From assembly GCA_002923315.1 (NCBI GenBank), contig BEHM01000003.1, forward strand, positions 34,029 to 98,028: a stretch of DNA of 64,000 bases. Direction: 5' to 3'. Position 1 is the first letter of the stretch. Every line of letters starts with the position of its first letter. Below are positions 55,894 to 64,000 of this stretch, in pieces. This stretch comes from a bacterium HR10 (GTDB lineage: Bacteria; Acidobacteriota; Blastocatellia; HR10). Position numbers and translations under genes: made by a program. The notes beneath the pieces were generated by a model that was not told the origin of the DNA, made no database searches, and saw only the letters and a program-made list of their open reading frames with translations.

Positions 55894-57153
55894 ATGTCAA
55901 TGGGTGAAGCGAAACGGCCCGTGACCGAAGCGCTCGTGCGCCGGGGGAGGCCGATCGCGTACAAGATCAAGGTCCGGCCGGAGGATTTTCAGGTCACGGA
56001 GATCGCTGATCTGACTCCCTCCGATCGGGGACGGTATCGCCTCTATCGCCTGACCAAGGCCGGGTGGAATACGACCGACCTCTTGCGCCGATTGGCGCGA
56101 CGGTTTGGACTTCCCTATGACGCTTTCTCCTACGGAGGGCGGAAGGATCGTCACGCGCTCACAACACAGTACATCACGATTCGCGATGAGCGCGATCTCT
56201 CGCTCACCGAGTCGGCGTTCGCGCTCCACGCCCTCGGATGGGTGGACGAGCCGATGACCCCGGAATTCATCCTGGGCAATCGGTTCCGCATCACGCTGCG
56301 GGCGATGCGCGCGGAAGAGGTCGCGCAGGTGGAGCGCAATCTCCAGGCCGTGCGGGCCTACGGTCTGCCGAATTACTTCGACGACCAGCGCTTCGGCTCC
56401 TACGATCGAAAGCGCGGCTTCATCGCAGAGAAGCTCGTGAAGGATCAGTGGGAAGAGGCGCTGAAGATTTACCTCACGCTGTGCTATCCGCAGGAGAAGC
56501 GAGCGGCCAAGGAGCGCAAGCGCTATTTCCTGGAACATTGGGGAGAGTGGGACGCTTGCCTGAAGCAAGCGAAGACGGTGACCGAACGTCGCCTCTTCCG
56601 CTTCCTGCAGCGGCGCGGAGGGGATTATGTAGGGGCCGTCAATCTCATCCCGCGCGAGGAGCTGGCCCTGATCCTCTCGGCCTATCAATCGTTCCTCTGG
56701 AACGAGATGGTGCGAGAGATCGTGCGGGAGTGGGCGTCCCCGATCCTGGAGGTGCGGGGTGTCGTCACGCGGTATGCCTTCTATCTGACGCTCTCGCGGG
56801 AGGCGCTCGAGTATTTGCGTGAATTGAAACTCCCCACGCCCGGCCCCGGCGCTTCTCCGCCGGATCCCTATGCCGAGCATATCTATCGGAAGGTCTTGGA
56901 GCGCGCGGGGATCACATCGGAGAACGCCCTCGCGCTCAAGAAACTCAGGCGCGCTTACATGAAGGCCGTCCCGCGCGATGTCCTTCTTTTTCCCGAGGGC
57001 CTGGAGATGCTGGAGGTGGCGCCGGACGAACTCTATCCGGGCCGCGTGAAAGCCGTGCTCCTTTTCACCCTTCCGCGCGGAGCCTATGGCACCATGGTGC
57101 TCAAGCGCCTCACCTTGCGCGTCTCAGATGCATGCGGCCGACCCCCTGCATGA
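55894..57153 (+). CDS. truD: tRNA pseudouridine(13) synthase
   Basis: KVRPEDFQV, GRKDRHALTTQ, NYFDDQRFG, SAYQSFLWN, FTLPRGAYGT. Confidence 0.93.
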   Translation: MSMGEAKRPVTEALVRRGRPIAYKIKVRPEDFQVTEIADLTPSDRGRYRLYRLTKAGWNTTDLLRRLARRFGLPYDAFSYGGRKDRHALTTQYITIRDERDLSLTESAFALHALGWVDEPMTPEFILGNRFRITLRAMRAEEVAQVERNLQAVRAYGLPNYFDDQRFGSYDRKRGFIAEKLVKDQWEEALKIYLTLCYPQEKRAAKERKRYFLEHWGEWDACLKQAKTVTERRLFRFLQRRGGDYVGAVNLIPREELALILSAYQSFLWNEMVREIVREWASPILEVRGVVTRYAFYLTLSREALEYLRELKLPTPGPGASPPDPYAEHIYRKVLERAGITSENALALKKLRRAYMKAVPRDVLLFPEGLEMLEVAPDELYPGRVKAVLLFTLPRGAYGTMVLKRLTLRVSDACGRPPA

Positions 57154-57199
57154 GCCGAGATCGGGCGTCGAGCTCGCCGCCTTCAGGTTCGCGCCGTCC

Positions 57200-57403
57200 T
57201 CATGCGGATAGGGAGGACGTCCACTGCGGCGGCGTGGGCGTGCCGCGCATCTTTTGCCAGAACTCCTGAGCGATCTTCACGCGTTCCTCGCGCGTGCGTC
57301 CTTGATCGAGCCGTTGGAACAGCTCATGCAGAAGCTGCTTCCGCCGCTTCAGCTTCCGGTGCCGGCGTTGTCGCAGCTCTTGTGCGCGCGTTCCGGCTCC
57401 CAT
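57200..57403 (-). CDS. Small basic protein (resembles DUF6800)
   Basis: MGAGTRAQELRQRRHRKLKRRK..; SD AAGGAGG; consensus promoter upstream. Confidence 0.7.
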   Translation of the reverse strand: MGAGTRAQELRQRRHRKLKRRKQLLHELFQRLDQGRTREERVKIAQEFWQKMRGTPTPPQWTSSLSA

Positions 57404-57470
57404 CGCTCTTCTCCCTCCTTCGGAACATGAAGCCCACATCTTGAAGGGAGGGCCAATCCCGAGGACGAGA

Positions 57471-57499
57471 GTTATAGATGATTTCCAGCGCCGTGTCAA
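57471..57499 (-). promoter_or_regulatory. sigma70 promoter of the small basic protein
   Basis: TTGACA-N17-TATAAC. Confidence 0.75.
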
Positions 57500-57653
57500 A
57501 ATCCGGGCGCGGACCTTCGCCTCAGCCCGCCGAGACATCCGCGCGCATGATCCCTCGGGTCAGGCGATCGCCATGTCGTGGGACGGCTCTGACTGAGCTT
57601 GAGGGCGAGAGATGACCTTGCAGGGGCTGTCCCTATGGTGAGGTCGGGGCCCC

Positions 57654-60600
57654 TCATGAGGTGCGCAGGATCTCGCGCGCGAGGGCGTTCTGGGGATCGT
57701 GGCGCAGGACGCGTCGGGCCCATGCGCGGGCCTCTCGTTTCTGACCGCTGCGCCAGAGGGCCTCTGCCAGCCCGAGGTAGCTCTCCAGGTGCAGTGGATC
57801 GCGATCCAGAGCCTTTTGGAATTGCTCGCGGGCTTCACGAAACTGCCCCGCGTTCAGGAGGAAGAGCCCGTAGTTGTAGAAGGCCAGCGCCTGATCCGCA
57901 TGATCGCGCGCGATCTCCTCGAAGAGAGCGCGGGCGCGCGCGGTCTCCCCCAGCTCGGCGTGAATCATCGCCAGGAGCGTGCGCGCCTGGAAGTCGCGTG
58001 GATCAGCCTCCACGCTTCGGCGAGCGAAGGTCAGCGCTTCCGCCCATTTCCCTTGCTGAGATCGGATCACGGCCAGGTGAAACCATGCGCGGCCACTTCC
58101 CGGAGCGAGCGCGAGCCATCGCCGGCAGACCTCTTCGAGCATCGCCAGTTCGTTCGCTCCGGCCAGGCAGGCCGCGTATTGGCTGAGGAGCCGGAGATCT
58201 CCGCGTGCTCGTGAGATCCGCTCCACGCTCTCGCGCAGGAGCGCCAGGCACGCGTCGTAGCGGCGTTCCTCCTCGTACCACGCCGCCAGGGCGAGTCGCG
58301 CCTCAAGGTTCTGCGGATCGTCCCGCACCAGTCGCGTGTAGAGCGCCTCAGCTTCGAGGCGGTGTTCGCGCGTGCGCGCGACGCGTCGCAGCCCCGCCAG
58401 GGCCTCGGCCGCATGGGGATTGCGTTCGATCGCTCGCCGATATTCACGAAAGGCCTCGGCGAAGCTCTCGGCGCGCTCATGCATGCGTCCTTTGTTCTGG
58501 AAGCTCTCCCATGTCGCGCGCCGCGACATGTCCCGGACAGCTCGAGGCGGGGGCAGCGTGCGCGGGAATTCCAGAAGCGCCTGCAGGTTCGATCGGCTCG
58601 TCTGCGCGTGCATCGCGCGCGGGCCGGAGAACTCCAGAAGGGGATGATCGTCCGTGTGCAGCGGGGCTCCCTGAGCGAAGCGCGCGAGATCCTCGCCGTG
58701 CATCACGTAGAGGCTGAGCAAGGTGTAGAGGTCCACAACGCCCAGCCGGTGAAGATCGGCCCTCACCTCGGCTCGGGAGAAGTTCCGCTCGATGCGCTCA
58801 CGATCCAGATCGAAAGCCGGGTCCTGAGCCCCGATGAGGAGGAGGTCATTCTCATTGAGCACCCAGAGGAACGCGCGCGGGAAGACGGTGTGAAATGTCC
58901 GCAGCAACATCTTCAAGTCCGACAGGGGCATGTTGTACGCGTGAAACCATTGACAGACGAGCCCGCGCTCGGTCAGGCGCGCCCGCATGAGGTGGAAGAA
59001 TTCGCGGGTGAAGAGCGCGCCGACGCCCGCGATCCAGGGATTCGAAGGCTCGGAGATGATGACATCGTAAGCCTCCCGGGTGAACAGGAGGTAGCGGCGC
59101 GCATCGCTGAGGATCAGACGCGCGCGGGGATTATCGAGGACGCGGTCGTTGACGTGCTCGAAGAATCGAGCTGCGCGCACGACTTCGGGAGAGATCTCCA
59201 CGACATCCACGCGCTCGAGCGGGTACAGGAGAGCTGTGCCGGCGGTCACGCCGCTCCCCAAGCCGATGACGCACGCGCGTCGCGGCCGTTCGGCCAGAAG
59301 GAGGGGCAGGTGCGCGAGCAGTTTTTGCGTCAGCATATCGGCGCCACCATCGCTGGCATCCACTTTCCCATCGAGCGAGAGTTGATGCTCCTCTCCCACG
59401 CGGCGGACGGCGACGGTCGCCATCGCGCCTTCTCGGTAATAGAGCAGGTCGCCGCGATGCGCGATGATGTCAGCGTCCACGTCGGCATAATACGGCGCAT
59501 ACTTATAGAGCCCGGCCGAGAGCCGCTCGACATCCCAACGCGGGAGAAGCGCGAGGGTGAGCAGCAGGAGTCCGGGGATCCCCATGCCGAGGCTCAGGCG
59601 CAAGCCCCATCGCATCGAGAGCTGAAGGAGGAGGAGCAACCCGATCCCCGCGTTGAGGGTGATGCCGATCCAGAACGTGCGTTCGGTCCCCACGTTCGGG
59701 ATGAGGAGGAAGCCCGTGAGCAGCGCGCCTGAAACAGCGCCCGCGGTGTTGGTGGCCAGGACCCGACCCACGTGTCTCCCGAGCGTTCGTTCTTCGCGCA
59801 CGGAGAGTTTGACGATCATGGGGAACGTCGCGCCCGAGAGCATCGTGGGCACGATCAAGAGGCCGGCGATCATCATCGCCTGTAGCAGTTGAAGCCGCGC
59901 ATAATGATCGGCATGCGCCTGCACGATCTCGCTCACAAGAAGCGGCAGGCGATTGAGGATGGGGAGCGTCGCAGCGACCGAGAGCCCGAGGAGGACGTAG
60001 AGACTGGCGAGCCACGCCGTGAGCCTCGCGGGGCCATCGGCGCGTTCTCCCCACCGATCGCTTCGCGGGGCGAGCAACCGACTTCCGAGGGCCAGGCCCG
60101 AGATGAAGACCGTCAGCATGAGGCTGAAGGCGTAAACGGTCGGCCCCAGCAAGAGCGCGAGGATCCGCGTGTACGCGACTTCGTACAGAAGGGCTGTGAA
60201 TCCGGAGAGAAGAACGACGAGCGGGAGCAACGAAGGGGATCGAGACGGCAGCGTGCCGTCGGGGAGCATCCCGGCATGACGCGCGGCTGCGTGGGAGATC
60301 TCCGCATGGTCTTCAGCGGAGACCACGCGCGCGCAGACGAAAGCGATCAGAGCGACGCAGATGTTGATCGCGGACGCCAGGGCCTGCGACCGGTGCAGAC
60401 CGAGCGCGGGAATGAGAAGGAAGCCGCTGCTGAAGCTCCCCAGGGCCGCGCCCAGGGTGTTGATGGCGTACAATCGGCCGATTTCGCCGCCCAGGCGTTC
60501 GCCGCGTCCTCGACCGAAGAAGACGCTCAACACCGGGAAGGTCCCGCCCATGAGCACCGTGGGCGGGAGCAGGAGCGCTGCGCCGATGACGGCTTCCGCG

Positions 60601-60956
60601 AATGCGAGGGTGCGAGGAGACCCCATGTGAGCGAAGGAGACGAGCAGCATTTCGATCCGAGATCGGCTTCCCAGTAGCGCGAATCCCCAAAGCCCAATGC
60701 CGAGCTCCATGAAGGCATAGGCGCGCAGCGTTTTCGAGGGATCAGGCCATCGCTCCGTCCATCGCCCGAAAACGTAACTGCCGAGTGCCAGCCCGCCCAT
60801 GAAGATCGCGAGGATGAGGCTCGTGGAGAAGAGCGTGTTGCCCAGCACCAGCGAGAGCGCGCGCATCCAGAGGACTTCGTAGAGGAGGCTGCAGACCCCC
60901 GAAAGCAGGAAACTGACGAGCAGCGCTGTCCGTAGGCGAGCTGCGCGATTCGACAT
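57654..60956 (-). CDS. Fused membrane (MFS-like)/spermidine synthase-like protein with C-terminal TPRs
   Basis: Duplicated SG..L.YEV..R / LMGGTFP TM repeats, IGLGSGVT, VEISPEV, DVIISEPSNPW, TDDHPLLEF, TPR tail. Confidence 0.88.
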   Translation of the reverse strand: MSNRAARLRTALLVSFLLSGVCSLLYEVLWMRALSLVLGNTLFSTSLILAIFMGGLALGSYVFGRWTERWPDPSKTLRAYAFMELGIGLWGFALLGSRSRIEMLLVSFAHMGSPRTLAFAEAVIGAALLLPPTVLMGGTFPVLSVFFGRGRGERLGGEIGRLYAINTLGAALGSFSSGFLLIPALGLHRSQALASAINICVALIAFVCARVVSAEDHAEISHAAARHAGMLPDGTLPSRSPSLLPLVVLLSGFTALLYEVAYTRILALLLGPTVYAFSLMLTVFISGLALGSRLLAPRSDRWGERADGPARLTAWLASLYVLLGLSVAATLPILNRLPLLVSEIVQAHADHYARLQLLQAMMIAGLLIVPTMLSGATFPMIVKLSVREERTLGRHVGRVLATNTAGAVSGALLTGFLLIPNVGTERTFWIGITLNAGIGLLLLLQLSMRWGLRLSLGMGIPGLLLLTLALLPRWDVERLSAGLYKYAPYYADVDADIIAHRGDLLYYREGAMATVAVRRVGEEHQLSLDGKVDASDGGADMLTQKLLAHLPLLLAERPRRACVIGLGSGVTAGTALLYPLERVDVVEISPEVVRAARFFEHVNDRVLDNPRARLILSDARRYLLFTREAYDVIISEPSNPWIAGVGALFTREFFHLMRARLTERGLVCQWFHAYNMPLSDLKMLLRTFHTVFPRAFLWVLNENDLLLIGAQDPAFDLDRERIERNFSRAEVRADLHRLGVVDLYTLLSLYVMHGEDLARFAQGAPLHTDDHPLLEFSGPRAMHAQTSRSNLQALLEFPRTLPPPRAVRDMSRRATWESFQNKGRMHERAESFAEAFREYRRAIERNPHAAEALAGLRRVARTREHRLEAEALYTRLVRDDPQNLEARLALAAWYEEERRYDACLALLRESVERISRARGDLRLLSQYAACLAGANELAMLEEVCRRWLALAPGSGRAWFHLAVIRSQQGKWAEALTFARRSVEADPRDFQARTLLAMIHAELGETARARALFEEIARDHADQALAFYNYGLFLLNAGQFREAREQFQKALDRDPLHLESYLGLAEALWRSGQKREARAWARRVLRHDPQNALAREILRTS

Positions 60957-61049
60957 AGCTTCGGCGCTCGGAGTCTACCTGACGAGGAGACCGGGGGTCA
61001 ATCCAGCCCGAGGCCCACCCAGGTGCCCCCTCGCGAAAAAAAATCCCGC

Positions 61050-61078
61050 TTGCCCTCCGGCGAGGGATGTGATATAAA
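61050..61078 (+). promoter_or_regulatory. sigma70 promoter of the second receptor
   Basis: A-tract, TTGCCC-N17-TATAAA with extended TG. Confidence 0.65.
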
Positions 61079-61116
61079 AGCGCCGCGTTTGAGCTCAAAC
61101 TAAGGAGGGGTAAGGC

Positions 61117-63993
61117 ATGAGGGAAAGGTGGCTCGGTCTCGCACTCGCCCTTCTCCTCAGTGCGCCGTCCCTTCCGCTGTTCGCTCAGGAGATCACCGGT
61201 CATATCAACGGACGTGTCACAGATGAGAAGGGCGATCCTGTTCCCGGAGTGAAAGTCACGCTCACGAGTCCCGTTCTGATGGGCGAGCGGACGACGGCGA
61301 CGAGCGAACTGGGGACGTATGCCTTCACGGCCTTGCCGCCGGGGCTTTATACGCTCAAGTTCGAGGCGTCGGGGTTCAAGACGCTCATCCGAACGGACAT
61401 CGAGGTTCGCGTGGGCTTCACGGCCACGATCAACGTGAAGCTGGAGGTTGCGGCCATCGAGGAATCGGTGACGGTCATCGGGGAGACGCCGATTCTGGAC
61501 GTCTCGGCGACGCAGGTGGGCGTGAATTACACGGAGCGGCTGCTGAAGGAGTTGCCCACGGCGCGCGACATCTGGGTGACGCTCGCCATGACCCCAGGCG
61601 TCACCATGATCGGCCGACATGATGTCGGTGGGGCAACGGCGGGGACGCAGACGGCGTATCGTAATTACGGCGCGCGCGGCCAGAACTGGCCGAACATTGA
61701 CGGGGTGATCACGGCGGAGGGCTCAGAGGCCGCGGGCTTCTATTACGACTACGGCGCGTTCACCGAGATGCAGATCGTGGCGGCATCGAATAGCGCGGAG
61801 GTACCCGTGCCCGGCACCTTCATCAACACGGTCATCAAGACTGGCACCAATGAGTTTCACGGCGATTTCTATGTGGACTATGAGCGCGAGGGGTGGAATT
61901 CCGACAACGTGAGGGGGCGGAGTTATCGGCTGCCGACGGGCGTGAGCCTCCCACTTGTGGACATGGGCATCCCCCGCGCGGCGAAGATCAAGCTCTACAA
62001 CGATTGGAATGCCAACGCGGGCGGGCGGATCATCCGCGACAAGCTCTGGTGGTTCGCCTCTTGGCGCGATCAGCGCAATCATGCGGGCGCACTCGGTTGG
62101 GTCTCCCCGAAGGGGGAGAGGGATCTCTTCCCCACGCGGTTGCAGAACCAGACGATCAAGCTGACCTACCAACTCACGCCCAAGAATACGATCCACTGGT
62201 TCGCGCAAGGGGGACGGAAGATGCAGCCGTATCGCAATTGGTTGGCGCCGGCGCCGGATCGGTTCACGTCCCCCGATGCCGTGGCGAATCAGGACTCCTG
62301 GTCCTGGGCGGGGAAGATCCAGTGGGTTTCCACGCTCACGCCGAGAGTGCTCCTGGATGTGAACGTGGGGCACATGGGCTACGATTGGCCGCAACGGCCC
62401 TACAGCAATCGCCCACGCTATCGCGACTTCAACAACTCGCTCTTTCAGATCGGTCCGCCCGAGGGCGCGTTCTTCCTGAACGAGCAGCGGCGGTGGCAAT
62501 GGCAGGGACATCTCTCCTGGCGCGTGGACAATTTCCTGCGCGGGAGCCATAACCTGAAGTTCGGCGTCTGGCGGCTCTTCGAAGCCCGACGGCGAACGGA
62601 ATATGGCGTGTGGGCCGGCAACGCGCAGGACGTCGTCTATTGGTTCCGCGGCTGCACGGGCGTGGCGCCCAATCTCTCCTGCGATACGGCGACGCCGGTG
62701 GAGATTCGCCAGTACAACTACCCGTGGTTCTTCCATCATGGCCTGCACACGACTTCATTCTTCGTCCAGGACGGATGGGAGGTGGGGCGGCATGTCCGGC
62801 TCAATCTCGGGATGCGACTGGACAGCTACCGCAATTTCTGGCGCGATCAGAAGCAACCGGCCGGGCGCTTCCAGCAGGAGCATGTGATCCCGAAGAACGA
62901 CGACGTGCTCAGTTGGACGAGCGTCGCCCCACGACTCGGCTTTGTGTGGGACCTGTTCGGCGATACGAAGACCGTGATCCGCCTGAGCTACGGGCGCTAT
63001 TACTTCAATCCGAGCACGGATATCGTGGCGGCGGTGAATCCCTCGACGCTCACCTACAAGCGGTTCGCATGGAACGATAAGAACGGCGATCGGGATTGGT
63101 CCCCCGATGAGCTGACGCTGATCGCCGTCGTCGGCGGGCAGAATCGGACGCTCGATCCGAACGTCCAGCATCCCTATACGGATGAGTTCACGGCGGGGAT
63201 CGAGCGCGAGCTGATGCGCGATCTCTCGGTGCGCTTCAACATCGTGCGGAAGTTCGAGAAGAACCGGTGGACGAGCTTCCCGCTGCACGCGCCCTTCTCA
63301 GCCTATGCCGTGCCCGTGACGGTGACCGATCCGGGGCGAGATGGGCGGGCCGGCACGTCGGACGATCGTCAGATCACGCTGTACGACATTGATGACGCGG
63401 CGCGGCTGGCGAACCCGCGCTTTCTCATCGCGACGAATCCGGCCTATCAGAACAACTTCACGGCCTACGAGATCGAAGTCTTCAAGCGGATGTCGCGGCG
63501 ATGGATGCTGATCACCGGCTATACGATCGAGAAGCTCAACGGTTGGACCGAGGGGATCAACGATCAATATCCGACCAATCCCAACGCGCTCCTCAACAGC
63601 GCGCGCCATACGTGGGAGTGGCTCTACAAACTGCAAGAGATTTACGAGCTGCCGTGGGGATTCCAGTTCAGCACGGTCTTCAAGCACCAGCGGGGAGATC
63701 CCTATCGTCGGACCTTCGCCGCGACGCTTCCGAAGTTGCGAACCGTGACCGTCTTCGCCGAAGGATTCGATTCCGGTTTGCGCTTGCCGAATGTCAATCT
63801 CTGGGATCTCCGGATCATGAAGCGGTTCCGGATCGCCGAGCGACATCGGGTGGACGTCATGGGCGATCTCTTCAATGTGCTCAACGCGAACACGCCGCTG
63901 GCAGTGGTGACGACGACGGGCGCGCGCTTCGGGCAGCCGACGCGCATCTTGGGGCCGCGCGTCTTTCGTCTGGCATTTCGATATTCGTTCTGA
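61117..63993 (+). CDS. TonB-dependent receptor-like outer-membrane protein
   Basis: Signal peptide, GRVTDEKG..LPPGLY, KTGTNEFHG, APRLGFVWDL, C-terminal PRVFRLAFRYSF. Confidence 0.92.
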   Translation: MRERWLGLALALLLSAPSLPLFAQEITGHINGRVTDEKGDPVPGVKVTLTSPVLMGERTTATSELGTYAFTALPPGLYTLKFEASGFKTLIRTDIEVRVGFTATINVKLEVAAIEESVTVIGETPILDVSATQVGVNYTERLLKELPTARDIWVTLAMTPGVTMIGRHDVGGATAGTQTAYRNYGARGQNWPNIDGVITAEGSEAAGFYYDYGAFTEMQIVAASNSAEVPVPGTFINTVIKTGTNEFHGDFYVDYEREGWNSDNVRGRSYRLPTGVSLPLVDMGIPRAAKIKLYNDWNANAGGRIIRDKLWWFASWRDQRNHAGALGWVSPKGERDLFPTRLQNQTIKLTYQLTPKNTIHWFAQGGRKMQPYRNWLAPAPDRFTSPDAVANQDSWSWAGKIQWVSTLTPRVLLDVNVGHMGYDWPQRPYSNRPRYRDFNNSLFQIGPPEGAFFLNEQRRWQWQGHLSWRVDNFLRGSHNLKFGVWRLFEARRRTEYGVWAGNAQDVVYWFRGCTGVAPNLSCDTATPVEIRQYNYPWFFHHGLHTTSFFVQDGWEVGRHVRLNLGMRLDSYRNFWRDQKQPAGRFQQEHVIPKNDDVLSWTSVAPRLGFVWDLFGDTKTVIRLSYGRYYFNPSTDIVAAVNPSTLTYKRFAWNDKNGDRDWSPDELTLIAVVGGQNRTLDPNVQHPYTDEFTAGIERELMRDLSVRFNIVRKFEKNRWTSFPLHAPFSAYAVPVTVTDPGRDGRAGTSDDRQITLYDIDDAARLANPRFLIATNPAYQNNFTAYEIEVFKRMSRRWMLITGYTIEKLNGWTEGINDQYPTNPNALLNSARHTWEWLYKLQEIYELPWGFQFSTVFKHQRGDPYRRTFAATLPKLRTVTVFAEGFDSGLRLPNVNLWDLRIMKRFRIAERHRVDVMGDLFNVLNANTPLAVVTTTGARFGQPTRILGPRVFRLAFRYSF

Positions 63994-64000
63994 AATGGCG

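Noticed and set aside
57500-57653. Possible ncRNA in the intergenic gap
   Set aside because: No recognisable family motif, dedicated promoter or terminator.
60957-61116. Riboswitch upstream of the second TonB-dependent receptor
   Set aside because: The predicted leader is only about 30 nt and no cobalamin or TPP motifs are visible.

Overview
High-GC bacterial chromosomal segment, about 50 genes plus tRNA-Leu(CAG), with no CRISPR array, prophage or intact transposon. Acidobacteria-type TonB-dependent receptors, an HU variant and a PDZ-GAF-PAS histidine kinase suggest Acidobacteriota. A branched-chain polyamine synthase (bpsA, partial, missing from the ORF track) suggests a thermophile. Both are inferences. 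Main blocks, in order: speD-bpsA; a five-gene zinc-ribbon/FHA Ser/Thr kinase-RDD-PP2C-PrsW operon; SAM hydrolase and iscS back-to-back; a TonB-dependent receptor with a sigma54 promoter; a YhaO/YhaN-like nuclease/ATPase pair; an NtrC-type regulator and PDZ sensor kinase; cytochrome c', ferredoxin and DUF1800/DUF1501/heme-dockerin genes; HU, an orphan IS630-like HTH and Csp; M16 protease; an ECF sigma/anti-sigma/Spy/MacAB operon; dtd, UbiD, S8 and M1 peptidases, cyclophilin, archaeal-type ATP-dependent DNA ligase, DASS transporter, TruD, a membrane-fused spermidine synthase-TPR protein and a second TonB-dependent receptor. The most notable candidates are four. (1) A structured speD leader with a near-full-length Shine-Dalgarno in front of an AUU-initiated six-codon uORF that overlaps the speD RBS, a possible polyamine feedback switch. 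(2) A sigma54 circuit with the same tandem TTCC-N8-GGAA enhancer upstream of both the receptor and the PDZ kinase. (3) The zinc-ribbon/FHA phospho-signalling operon ending in an FHA-fused PrsW protease. (4) Window-wide avoidance of RTCGAY. All motif calls were made by eye.
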